A stretch of 63,203 nucleotides of DNA, counting the filler, from Lenisia limosa (lineage: Eukaryota; Protista; Breviatea): assembly GCA_001655205.1 (NCBI GenBank). It is 10 parts of 10 records of this genome, joined end to end, with 100 filler letters (N's around TTAATTAATTAA, not from the genome) between each part and the next. Parts side by side here need not be neighbours in the genome. Positions count along the whole stretch, not along the records: positions 50,697 to 52,484 come from LPNZ01005916.1; positions 52,585 to 56,749 come from LPNZ01010230.1; positions 56,850 to 61,666 come from LPNZ01011261.1; positions 61,767 to 63,203 come from LPNZ01007445.1; 6 more parts are not named here. One strand, written 5' to 3'. The notes under the pieces were generated by a model, which saw only the letters and a program-made list of their open reading frames with translations, searched no databases and was not told the origin of the DNA. How positions within the stretch are numbered: position 1 is the stretch's first letter; each line of letters opens with the position of its first letter. Positions 50,712 to 61,977 of the stretch are shown piece after piece. Made by a program: the position numbers and the translations under genes.

Positions 50712-52190
50712 TACCCCCACCTCTAGCGCCCTCGTTTTGGACATTGCGTGCATTGGCAGCACGACCATGACCCCGTCAACTGCTGCCACTGTCTCGTTCT
50801 GATACTTCAGCAGCTGGAGAGAGGGTAAATTTGGAAATTGATGGAACATAATTTTGCCCAAAATCAACTCAGCTGGTTTGAAGCACCTGACACCCCTCAC
50901 GTCAGGATCAGAAGACACGGTATTGGCGAGACGAATGTTGGTGATGGAGGACGTGAGGACAGAAGTGGAAAGTCCTGGAGTCGTGAGGATTAATAAGGAC
51001 TGTTAAGAAGTAAGATTGTCTTATGAGTAATATATTATACATGTACAGTATATTCTTGTACTATTATAGAATACCGACATATAGTAGTACATTATGTATA
51101 CACGTACTCATCAATATGTACCCGTATATATGCTATGTATAGAATTAGCAATATGATACATGTACATGTATGTACAGAGAGAACACTTCCTATTGAATAT
51201 CTGATGTAAATATGATACTCCCTCCCCCTCCCTACTTTTAGTCTCCTCCACTATTTCGAGATCGATTGACGCGAGTTCCAAGACAGTGGACGAATGCAGG
51301 CGGGGGGNNNNNNNNNNNNNNNNNNNNNNNNNNNNNNNNNNNNNNNNNNNNNNNNNNNNNNNNNNNNNNNNNNNNNNNNNNNNNNNNNNNNNNNNNNNNN
51401 NNNNNNNNNNNNNNNNNNNNNNNNNNNNNNNAATTAATTTGATCGTAGAAAATGATAACAGATGTGAAATTGAAAAGTGACATGATAAACACATATTAAC
51501 ATGAAAAGTTCCAACCTTGTCGATTGGGATGTGTGGAGGGGCAGGAGAGAATGATGGATGGGCGGTAGTGAACCGCTCGGGCGGAGGGAACTGCTGCTGC
51601 ATGTATCTAAAGGCGGTGAATATCAGATGCATATTATACATAATATTAAGCATATGCACATCATTACAATTTTTTTAAAAAAAATTTTCATCACAACATT
51701 GAAATATATCTAAACAATACTATTTCTGGTGGGTTAAAATGAGTAATATGGGAAAAAAAGGAGTGAGAATCTGGCCGAAGCTGTCCACACTATCCAGTTT
51801 ATAAGAGATATTTTAACATTTACACATTCAAGAGTGGCATGCAGAGAGTAGCCACACCTATCTTCATGGTAGAACAAAAGGACAATAAACAAGACACCTT
51901 CATTACCCCAATTCCTTGGCCACAAATCGACAAACGGTTGTCCCTTGGTAAGACATGACTGTGGCGACAACGTCATTCGCTCTTGCAGTGAAACTACTTG
52001 GTAAAACACGTGGCTTAGTGCAGCATAATGTACCATATTTGCACTTGTTTATTGTAGTACTGGAATAACAATTATCAATTTGTGAAAGAGGTAGTAGAGT
52101 GCCACCAAGCCGGCAACCTGAGGGATTTACAGGCAGAGGGAGGAGCAAGGCTAGATTGGAGGCTCTTAGCATCTTCGAACAACTGCGCTA
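50712..52190 (-). CDS. Hypothetical protein, multi-exon fragment
   Basis: Exons such as LLKYQNETVAAVDGVMVVLPMHAMSKTRALE and YMQQQFPPPERFTTAHPSF, with canonical splice sites. Family not recognised. Confidence 0.45.
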
Positions 52191-52845
52191 CCTGGTCCTG
52201 AGATGGTTATACATATCATAAGATATGTATATAAACACTGCAGCATGTGAAATGTTAAATACGGTTATAGATGGTGATATATACTATTGTATATCATAGT
52301 ATACTATTAATTATATAATAATACTACAAAATATTACAGGAGTAAGGCTTCCCTCTGGTTCAAAAAGACCAGTAAATATCGGATTTATCGGATTAATCGA
52401 CAAATTCAGCCATTGTTGGTACTTTAGGGAAGCCCTTACATATCACACAAGCTATTATAGTTTATGAATATTGAAATACACATCNNNNNNNNNNNNNNNN
52501 NNNNNNNNNNNNNNNNNNNNNNNNNNNNTTAATTAATTAANNNNNNNNNNNNNNNNNNNNNNNNNNNNNNNNNNNNNNNNNNNNAAGGGGGCGGAAGAGT
52601 GCTCCTTTGTTATAAACACTACTTGAGATTTTATGTGGTTCATAGCCATCAGGAGTATATCCACATGATAGAAGCGATGCACGTACAATAGAGTAGCTTG
52701 GAGCTCTCAGTGCTTTCGCACCAATTTCAACTGCAACCGACACATCCATTTCTCTGAACTGTCAGAGCAGTATATTGGAGCCATTTCTTGTATTGTCGTC
52801 ACCATAACCCAGCAAACGTATTTTTTTGGGAGACAAGGTATGCGG

Positions 52846-53490
52846 TAAATTTCTACAATCATATATTTGGCCAAAAATGAGGGGGGAATGGAAAAAAAAA
52901 TAAAGGGGGTGAAAAAAAAATTTAAATAAAATTAAATAGGGACCCGGGTACCCGGGTATCTAAAAAATACACCCCTCTNNNNNNNNNNTCCTTCTGTTTT
53001 TCGTTTACAAGTGGCTCCAGTTCCATAATTAAAAAAGTCAATACAAAAGGAAAAACAAGGGGGGAAAAAAAAAGCCACTGAAATACCCCCGGGTACCATT
53101 TTTTGAGGTACCCGGGTAATTTTTTAAAANNNNNNNNNNATATGGCTTATTTTTTATGTAGTAAATTTCTACAATGATATATTTGGCCAAAAATGAGGGG
53201 GGGATGAAAAAAAATACAGGGGGTGAAAAAAAGAAAAAAAATTAAATTAAATAGGGACCCGGGTATCCGGGTAAAAATAAAAAATCTTTCTTGCTTCAAC
53301 ACACCATATATGCTCAATACCCACTATCAAAACTGATATACACCTCAAACTTTCTGTTTTTCGTTGACAAGTGGCTCCAGTTCCATAATTAAAAAAGTCA
53401 ATACAAAAGGAAAAACAAGGGGGAAAAAAAAAGCCACTGAAATACTCCCGGGTACCATTTTTTAGGTACCCGGGTAATTTTTTAAAAAAA
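52846..53490. repeat. ~316-bp direct tandem duplication containing ACCCGGGT palindromes
   Basis: 52846-53129 is repeated at 53162-53490. Small N gaps lie inside and between the copies. Confidence 0.8.
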
Positions 53491-53984
53491 CAAAAAACTC
53501 TAAAACGGGTGTTTTGAACACTCATTTCTCAAAAAATGTCATTTTTGACGANNNNNNNNNNNNNNNNNNNNNNNNNNNNNNNNNNNNNNNNNNNNNNNNN
53601 NNNNNNNNNNNNNNNNNNNNNNNNNNNNNNNNNNNNNNNNNNNNNNNNNNNNNNNNNNNNNNNNNNNNNNNNNNNNNNNNNNNNNNNNNNNNNNNNNNNN
53701 NNNNNNNNNNNNNNNNNNNNNNNNNNNNNNNNNNNNNNNNNNNNNNNNNNNCATATATTAGAATATTATATTCTAGTTTATTTTTTGAATTCCAGATTTT
53801 GATGTTGAATAATAATTCAGTTTTCTTTTTCTATAGTTTAAATATATACGTTTAGTATTTTATTGGAATGATGTTATACATGCATATGGTATGATCCTGA
53901 CTTTTACGACAATATGAAATCCCCTAAGTCTCAAGTCTGTCACTCTTTAATTTGTGTATTTTAATCCATGTGTCATCCCTACAG

Positions 53985-56680
53985 TACCAAGTCGAAGCAC
54001 ACGCGTCCTTCGTGGCCAACACGGACCCCCTGTGCTCCAATGACCAGTACGGCAAGAACCTCCCCAAAAAGGAAGTGGTTGGCACCGGCTGGAATGTTCC
54101 AATATCCAATGAATTTTTGAAACATTTTTCCAGGAATGTTTTGAAAGCAATGATCATGTTTTTATATCGATTTGAGATACTGAAGGCGTACATTGTTCAA
54201 AATATGCAAAGCTGCTTGGCAGTTTCAAACATCATAAGATACCCCCCCCCNNNNNNNNNNNNNNNNNNNNNNNNNNNNNNNNNNNNNNNNNNNNNNNNNN
54301 NNNNNNNNNNNNNNNNNNNNNNNNNNNNNNNNNNNNNNNNNNNNNNNNNNNNNNTAGCGGAGGACAAGACGTGGCGGGTGGGGGCAATAGCGGAATAAAA
54401 TTTGACCTTTTTGGACCTTTTTGGACCTTTTTGGACCTTTTTGGACCCCCCCACACACAGCACTCAGATATTATCGTCACCCTCCTCCACCAAGCAACTG
54501 GTCTGGTCTTTGTTGTGTTGTTTTCAAAACCGGGCATTCAAACATTGGGTCAACTGTTTATTTTTCTGGCGTTTTGTTTCCATTTATGCCCCTCCCCCTC
54601 CAACAGAGTTGATTCTGAGGGGTTTTTTTGTTTGTTTTATCAATTTTCTCAGGATACTTTACTCCTCCATCCCCAGACGTTATTGACAGCATCCTGGCGA
54701 AGGCGGTGACCGTAATGCCGGTCAAGCACGAAGTAGTGAAAACTGCCCTTTTCAATGCCATGAATATGACCCGTTCTCAGCATGGTTGGGGGCGGACTGG
54801 ACATGTTCGACCTCCTGTAATCAGATTTTCTGCATATCACCCCCCCCCCCCNNNNNNNNNNNNNNNNNNNNNNNNNNNNNNNNNNNNNNNNNNNNNNNNN
54901 NNNNNNNNNNNNNNNNNNNNNNNNNNNNNNNNNNNNNCAGATTAATCGGTTCGTGATTAGTTCTCACGCCAATATTCTTCATCGACATTTCCTTCGTTTC
55001 ACCCTCCCACCCCCAACAACCCCAATAACATCCCCAGAAACGGTAATATCGGATCGGTTTTTGACCCCCAAAACTCTGACTGGTCTTGTGGTGTCGGCCC
55101 CTCGTGAGGGGCCCATTGAACAGTGGGGAGGGTGGTTGAATTGTTAAAATTATTTGGAGATCAGTTCTCCACAACCTGCTTCGTTCTTCGTATGTCTCCA
55201 TAGTCTTTTCTCCAACCAAACGTGTATTCATAATCATGTTGGAGTATTGAGGCATCACCATAATCTTGGATGCACTATATTACATCACACCAATAAGTCA
55301 ATATACTGAAATGATTTTGTTGTAGATGGGAGTCGTACAGTGTCGCTGCCAAGCTTCAGCAGCTCATTGTCAAGCAGCTGAATTGTAGGGAGAGGCTAGT
55401 TGGATAACGTTTGTACGAACCACAATGACAGGCCCAATTAGGCTGTGTGTTTCCCTCACTTCCCACAGCAGCCGAGTCCATCTGCGGAGAGACGCTCTTT
55501 ACTGCACACGAAATCTTCATGGTATGGAGGTCCCAATGCTGGAGTACGTTTGTAGGGTAATACATCGGGCTTCACTTCGGTCCGAAAAAGACCGGTATAA
55601 TCTCGAAGTTGTTGGGGATTTATCGATAGTTTTCGGGGATTCATCGATAATTTTTGGGGATTTATCGAGAAATTCAGTCTTTTAAAGAACCGAAGTGAAG
55701 CCCAAGTGATAACGGGTAGTGGGGCAAATATTCCTATTTTCAGTAACCTTCCTTCTGATGAAAACGTTGTGACACCATCAAACATGGGCTACATCCTCAT
55801 TTTTGGATATACGCTCAGTGTTTAGTGTGTCACACAATAATTGACGAAAAAAAAGAAAAAGTGTAATCAACTTCTGTTAAAAATATATTTTTTCTCACCC
55901 CTCAGACTTGGGCCCTCTCCACCACTCAAAAGACGGCCCTTTACGACAACGTTTTCTCAAAAGCCACCAAAGCTGCAGTGGTCCTCAAAGTGGGTGGGGG
56001 ATACAATGAGATGGATGGGTGAATCTGTGTTTCCAAAGTAGTTGGGGTAGAGGTAATATGTTTTTGATCTTTTAAAATGATAAAAGTGAGCGAAATGCAG
56101 CTGCTGGACTCTTCGCACCAGTCAATTTATTGGATATATTAAATATGGGCTTACAATTGAAAGAAAAAGTTTGGTGCCCTATTTAACTGTAACTGTACCA
56201 GGACGGTGCATCCCCCCCTCAAACCAAGGCTGCTGAAGCCCTCATTTCTCTGTCGCAAGTGGCCATGTACTCCCAACAGGCTAAGGGAATTCGGAATGCC
56301 AAAGTGGGGAGACTAGATGTGGAGCCAAAGGCCTTGTGTAAATAACTAAACAGATAGTATTGTATATTACTATGGGTATTAAATTATATCATCTTTATGT
56401 TGATGATACCCCTGATCATGTTATTTTATGTAACTATTTTTAAATGTGTGTTTTGAAAGAAGAGTTAACAATGAATATCTTGTGTCCAAAAGAAAACCCC
56501 AGATTTTGTTCGCGGTTTTATTCATGTTCGCGATTTTTACCATATATTATATTATCATCATATGTATTAATAATTTATTTGACGGCTTCGTCACGACTTA
56601 GGTCAAGGAGCTGAACGCTGCTCTGAAAGCACTCAAGATGAACCAGAACAGCTTCATGACTCTCCTTGGCAGCACTGTTG
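53985..56680 (+). CDS. Hypothetical protein, multi-exon fragment
   Basis: Exons YQVEAHASFVANTDPLCSNDQYGK, DVIDSILAKAVTVMPVKHEVVKTALF and VKELNAALKALKMNQNSFMTLLGST, with GT-AG boundaries. Confidence 0.55.
54401..54447. repeat. 10-bp tandem repeat (~4.5 copies)
   Basis: TTGGACCTTT repeated. Confidence 0.9.
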
Positions 56681-56915
56681 GGAGGGGTGATTGTGTTCTG
56701 AGGGAGGCGTGGGGGCTGTAACTGTTCCATTCAGAGATCCAAGGCTCAANNNNNNNNNNNNNNNNNNNNNNNNNNNNNNNNNNNNNNNNNNNNTTAATTA
56801 ATTAANNNNNNNNNNNNNNNNNNNNNNNNNNNNNNNNNNNNNNNNNNNNGATGAAAGTGGAATATGGTATAAAGAATAAAAAAAAGGGGGGTTTCCTTGG
56901 TCTGGACCAACACAC

Positions 56916-59900
56916 CTGCAGAGGTCGGGAGGGAAGGCCACGTTACTATCGCGTGTGGTCAGGAACAGCCGGAATGACGGGGATAGATCAACATCCTGCG
57001 GGGAGGGGGTGACGGCGATGATCTCAGGACTATCCAACCATATAAATATACCCCCTTCCCCCAAGACTTAGCTTTGTTTGTTTTGTTATTCTCAACCATT
57101 GTATTTTGTTAGCCAACAGAGTTGATTTTGGGTTTTTTTTATAAATGTAAGTTTCATAAACTGTCCAAGCTTACTCCTCCCTCCCTACCTGGTCACCAAT
57201 CCTAATCAGACTCCTGCCGGCAGTTCTGCGGACCTCGCGATTGAGCAGCGGGTTCAGTACCGCGTCCACCTGGGGGTGAAATGAAGGCAATTTCGGTGAA
57301 GAATATTGGCGTAAAGGTACTAATCACGAACGAGAAATCTGAAACTCAACACACAAAAAAAAAAGGGGGAGGGGAGGGGGGTGAGAAGCAATGTAGAAAA
57401 TGAAATAAGAATGTACCCCCACCTCTTTCCTCCCACCTTTTCAACGTCATCCACAATAAGGGGGGTGCCGAAACGAACAGCGCTTTCGAGCGTCTTCATG
57501 AATCCCGGGTCATTGAAGCTGGTAAAATTATGTGTGGAGCGTAGGAAATGCCAAGAGAGTATACAGAGAAATATAGGTTGTATATGATCCATTGTACAGA
57601 CACATACTCAATGGTTTATCGTCAATCAATATCATAAACAGTGCTGCGGTTAGAGGTTTATAAAAATTGAAGTTTGTACGATCACACATATCAATTCCAA
57701 TAAAAATATCGATGATTTGATCTGAAAATGCACAATATACTAATAAACGTAATAATATATGTCCAAAAATCCAATCGTCCTAAGGATATCCTATTTCCAG
57801 CATTAGNNNNNNNNNNNNNNNNNNNNNNNNNNNNNNNNNNNNNNNNNNNNNNNNNNNNNNNNNNNNNNNNNNNNNNNNNNNNNNNNNNNNNNNNNNNNNN
57901 NNNNNNNNNNNNNNNNNNNNNNNNNNNNNNNNNNNNNNNNNNNNNNNNNNNNNNNNNNNNNNNNNNNNNNNNNNNNNNNNNNNNNNNNNNNNNNNNNNNN
58001 NNNNNNNNNNNNNNNNNNNNNNNNNNNNNNNNNNNNNNNNNNNNNNNATTCTCAAAATATCAGATTGTGTCAAAACTAACCACGGTTACTGTTTGCTACC
58101 AGTAATGTATGAAAGTATTTATGATTTCACTCAGATAGATCCATGGTTCAACTCAGATAGATCCAAGTACAGTGGTTCACATACATCCTAGTATGTAGAA
58201 AAGAAGGAACCGCCACAATCCCGTTAGCAGGGTGGTAATTCAGAAAATTGGTTGGGATTTGGGTTCAATTTTTTCAAGATTTGCGCATATTGAACGTGAT
58301 TTACGCTAAAGCTTGGAGTCTTTCAAACTGAAGTAACGGATAGTTATAAACAAAAAGTAATTTGGTTCAAGAAGGCGTCTGATAACAATTCTCTAACAGC
58401 ATCCGTGACAATTTTCTGAATTACCACCCTTCTTTAATACGGGATATTGCTATTCTATGCCCTCAACCTGAACAGCATTGCCGCATTTTCAGTCGCAAGG
58501 CTATCATTGGGAAGACCGTCTGACGTCCACTGAAGCCGTGCGTCTCCTTTTGTCAGGTACTCTACATAGGAAAGTGACGGGGACGTTGCAACGCCAAGGG
58601 ACTGTAGGGCCTCACGCCATCTAAATGGTCAAAAAAGGAGGTAAGGATTTGTACGGTACAGCTGTGAATATGATGAAGCATATTATGATGGTGCCCATTC
58701 ATTTATATGATAGCATATTATAAGAAGCGATGGTACCCATTCATTTATATGATAGCATATTATAAGAAGCGATGGTACCCATTCATTTATATGATAGCAT
58801 ATTATAAGAAGCGATGGTGCCCATTCATTTATATGATAGCATATTATAAGAAGCGATGGTACCAATGCTTCCATTTTATACCCCCCATCGCCACCTGGTA
58901 GTAAGCAGTGACCGCACGGTCTGGGGGTAGATACCAGCGTAGGTCAGGAACGCAGCAGAAATGATCGCATCTCCTGCGGGGGGTTATGGAAGGTTCTTGA
59001 GAGTAGTAACATGGAAATCTGAGAAGAATGCAAATTGAAAACGAAAGGAGACGAAGATAGGCGAGGCCAACGAAACAATTTACTCCGTCCTCAACAGCTA
59101 CAAGGGCTGGGTCAACAGCATGCCTGTAACATTTTTTAAAGTGTCATTACTACCACTTGGCTTCAGGGTCCGAAATAGTTGCTGATTCTTCCCTTTTTCA
59201 GTTCAGTCAGGAGAAGTACTACCTGTATGCCACCGGTGTTTCGGTGGAGGACCAAGGTTGAAAAGCCGATTCTCATCCCCGACATCGGGCCTTGCAAGCT
59301 TTCGAATTTGTGAGGGAATATTCTCATCTTGCCGAGTCTGTTGGTTCCCCCGACGGTAATGGTATTTATACCTTTACTAATTTTGAGATCTGGGAACAGA
59401 TCGAGGGTTATGCCCTTTCCTACCTCGAGTTCGATGCAAATACCCAACCCTACTCTATAAGTACTCATTATTGAGCGCGGGTGCTCGCGTAAGACCTCAA
59501 ATGGGCAGCGATGCACAAAGTGCTGCTCTGAGTTCATTATTGTAAGCTTTTCTCATCGTTTAAATAACCTCTAGAGCCTTCCCTCTGTTTATCAGATCGA
59601 CTACTTCTTAATCAGATTGTAAGCTCAGCTTGTTCCTTTATTTNNNNNNNNNNNNNNNNNNNNNNNNNNNNNNNNNNNNNNNNNNNNNNNNNNNNNNNNN
59701 NNNNNNNNNNNNNNNNNNNNNNNNNNNNNNNNNNNNNNNNNNNNNNNNNNNNNNNNNNNNNNNNNNNNNNNNNNNNNNNNNNNNNNNNNNNNNNNNNNNN
59801 NNNNNNNNNNNNNNNNNNNNNNNNNNTCTTCGCTTCTCCAACCAGTCCCTTCGTGAGAAGCTTGACATTGGAACAAGGAAATTGATATTTACGCGGAAGT

Positions 59901-61489
59901 ATGCTTTTATTATCATATTCGGGATTTGAAAGGTTTCCTTCTCTTGGTAGTCTGCATGATACTACTCTATTTGTTTCTGGATGCTTTGGGTTTTGTTCGT
60001 TCTAATTGATGTGTGGACACAATAAAGATGACTTTCAGTTCAAAAGGATAACGAAAAAAACAACAATACAAGCCCAAAGACGGAAGTTATTCGATTGAGG
60101 AAAATCTATATAAATTGCAATTTATTTGATAAAATATAGACTTTTTCTACCAATAAATAAGAAGTGTACATGAAGGTAAACTGAAAAAGGAAATTGAGGT
60201 ATTTTTAGAGCAAAAATTACGTGATAAAATCCCTACCGGAAAGGGTCGCGAACTGCTCAGCAAAAGCCTCGGAGGAAGACGCCCATCGGTCCTTTTCGTG
60301 CGCCAAACTGTCTAGCAGACGGACAGAGCGTTCAACCTGGGGTGAGGATGATGGGAGCAGGCGGCAGGCAGGAGATATTACTTTTTGAAGATGGAACCAC
60401 CAGTTTGTCTCAGTGACAACCCAATCCTTCTCTCTCCACCTTAATAATGACCCCTCCCAACAATTCCCTAAACAGTCTCACCGCCTCACGTGAGTAATCT
60501 CGCTTCACATTGACCCCCCCCCCCCCCNNNNNNNNNNNNNNNNNNNNNNNNNNNNNNNNNNNNNNNNNNNNNNNNNNNNNNNNNNNNNNNNNNNNNNNNN
60601 NNNNNNNNNNNNNNNNNNNNNNNNNNNNNNNNNNNNNNNNNNNNNNNNNNNNAAGCTCTGCGTCTGAGGGGGGGGGGGGAGTAAAATTGGAAAACTTACG
60701 AAACAAAAACAAAGCCCAAAAGCAACTCTGTTGGCTGAAAGTGGAAAGTTGGGGGGATATGAACGAAAGAATGAGAAGTGTATCATGAGTACTGGAACTT
60801 TACAGATTAGGCAGATATTGCAAAACAAAATAAAGCCAATGAAAAAAATATATATAGCAATCGCGCAGCCTACCCTTATTGGCGAGTTCGATTGCAGTTT
60901 CTTCAACCTAAAAGTGTTAGAAAGGGGCCCAGTTTCTAATCTTGATCGGTCAGCTTTTCACTACCCCCCCCCCCNNNNNNNNNNNNNNNNNNNNNNNNNN
61001 NNNNNNNNNNNNNNNNNNNNNNNNNNNNNNNNNNNNNNNNNNNNNNNNNNNNNNNNNNNNNNNNNNNNNNNNNNNNNNNNNNNNNNNNNNNNNNNNNNNN
61101 NNNNNNNNNNNNNCGTAATAGGCCTGGGCAAGAACCCACTTGATGAGTGGTCCGCAGGCCTGGTGTGTATTAACGTTATGATTGGGTGTATTAACTTTAT
61201 GATGGGGTAATGGATGACGGGGTTGAGAATTTATCGAAGGACCTTGCGCTGAGCTTAATCAAGTGGTAGGTATTTTCATAATGTAAACTTTTCCTAGGAA
61301 CTGCAAATTAAGTTTATCCATTTTGAGTGTCCCGAGTCTGTGCACCTAGTGGTCCTGTCTCACACATCATCTCAATCGAGAAAACAAGAGACGATGTGGG
61401 TTCTTTTTAGTTCTTTCACTCTGAGCACGTCCTACCTTCGAGCCCTTCTGTGCCGCCTCGAACGTGAAGTTGGGCCGGCTCAGGTAGTC
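56916..61489 (-). CDS. DYNC1H1: Cytoplasmic dynein heavy chain, stalk to AAA5 region, internal fragment
   Basis: Collinear exons: [18 protein letters not shown]|[33 protein letters not shown]...|[62 protein letters not shown]|[27 protein letters not shown]|[16 protein letters not shown]...PPDLCS. Confidence 0.95.
57270..57345 (-). repeat. Intronic repeat module C ending at a 3' splice acceptor (representative copy)
   Basis: Consensus GAGTTTCAGA...GTTCGTGATTAGTACCTTTACGCCAATATTCTTCATCGACATTTCCTTCGTTTCAC-C(n)-AG. Copies at 2293-2365, 17060-17112, 17160-17245, 54938-55037 and 57270-57345. Confidence 0.85.
58229..58430. mobile_element. 202-bp MITE in a dynein intron
   Basis: Perfect 22-bp TIR AGGGTGGTAATTCAGAAAATTG / CAATTTTCTGAATTACCACCCT. 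Confidence 0.8.
58687..58864. repeat. 42-bp intronic minisatellite (4 full copies plus a partial copy)
   Basis: Unit GATGGT(A/G)CCCATTCATTTATATGATAGCATATTATAAGAAGC. Confidence 0.95.
60664..60735 (-). repeat. Intronic repeat family B ending at a 3' splice acceptor (representative copy)
   Basis: Transcript-strand consensus GCCAACAGAGTTGATTTTGGGTTTTTTTGTTTCATAAATTTTCCAATTTTACTC-C(n)-AG. Copies or fragments at ~2370, 12440, 16073, 34924, 48830, 50428, 50814, 54598, 57065, 60664, 61490, 61770-61950 and 62376. Confidence 0.85.
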
Positions 61490-61977
61490 CTTCTGGGGGA
61501 GGGGGGGAGGGGAAGTAAAAATGGATCATGAAACAAAAAAAAAACAACACTGTTGACTAAATATTTGACAACGAGAGATGAAAACACCAAAGGCTGGTCG
61601 CTTCAGAGGGACAGGACTTGTTTATCATAATCCCCCCCTGTCAACCTTGAGCCTGGCTCTGATGGANNNNNNNNNNNNNNNNNNNNNNNNNNNNNNNNNN
61701 NNNNNNNNNNTTAATTAATTAANNNNNNNNNNNNNNNNNNNNNNNNNNNNNNNNNNNNNNNNNNNNACAAAACAAACAAAGTCCAGGCCAGTCGCTTCTG
61801 CAGCACCACATCCCATCACTCCAGCGTACGTAAAATTTGAAAATTTATGAAACAAAATAAAACCCAAAATCAACTCTGGTTGGCTGGCAAAATTGGAAAA
61901 TTTATGAATCAAAAAATAAAAAAATAAAAAAAGCCCACAATCACGAGGGAATGGAAAATTCATGACACCCCCCATAC

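Noticed and set aside
59826-59880. Minus-strand [11 protein letters not shown] as a dynein exon
   Set aside because: The true segment ([12 protein letters not shown]...TLS|GDAII) is at 60237-60340 and splices directly to 58973, so this similarity is coincidental.
60462-60495. Plus-strand micro-exon AAACAG|TCTCACCGCCTCAC|GTGAGT in a dynein intron
   Set aside because: Only 14 nt with no supporting neighbouring exons; chance splice-like signals are expected.
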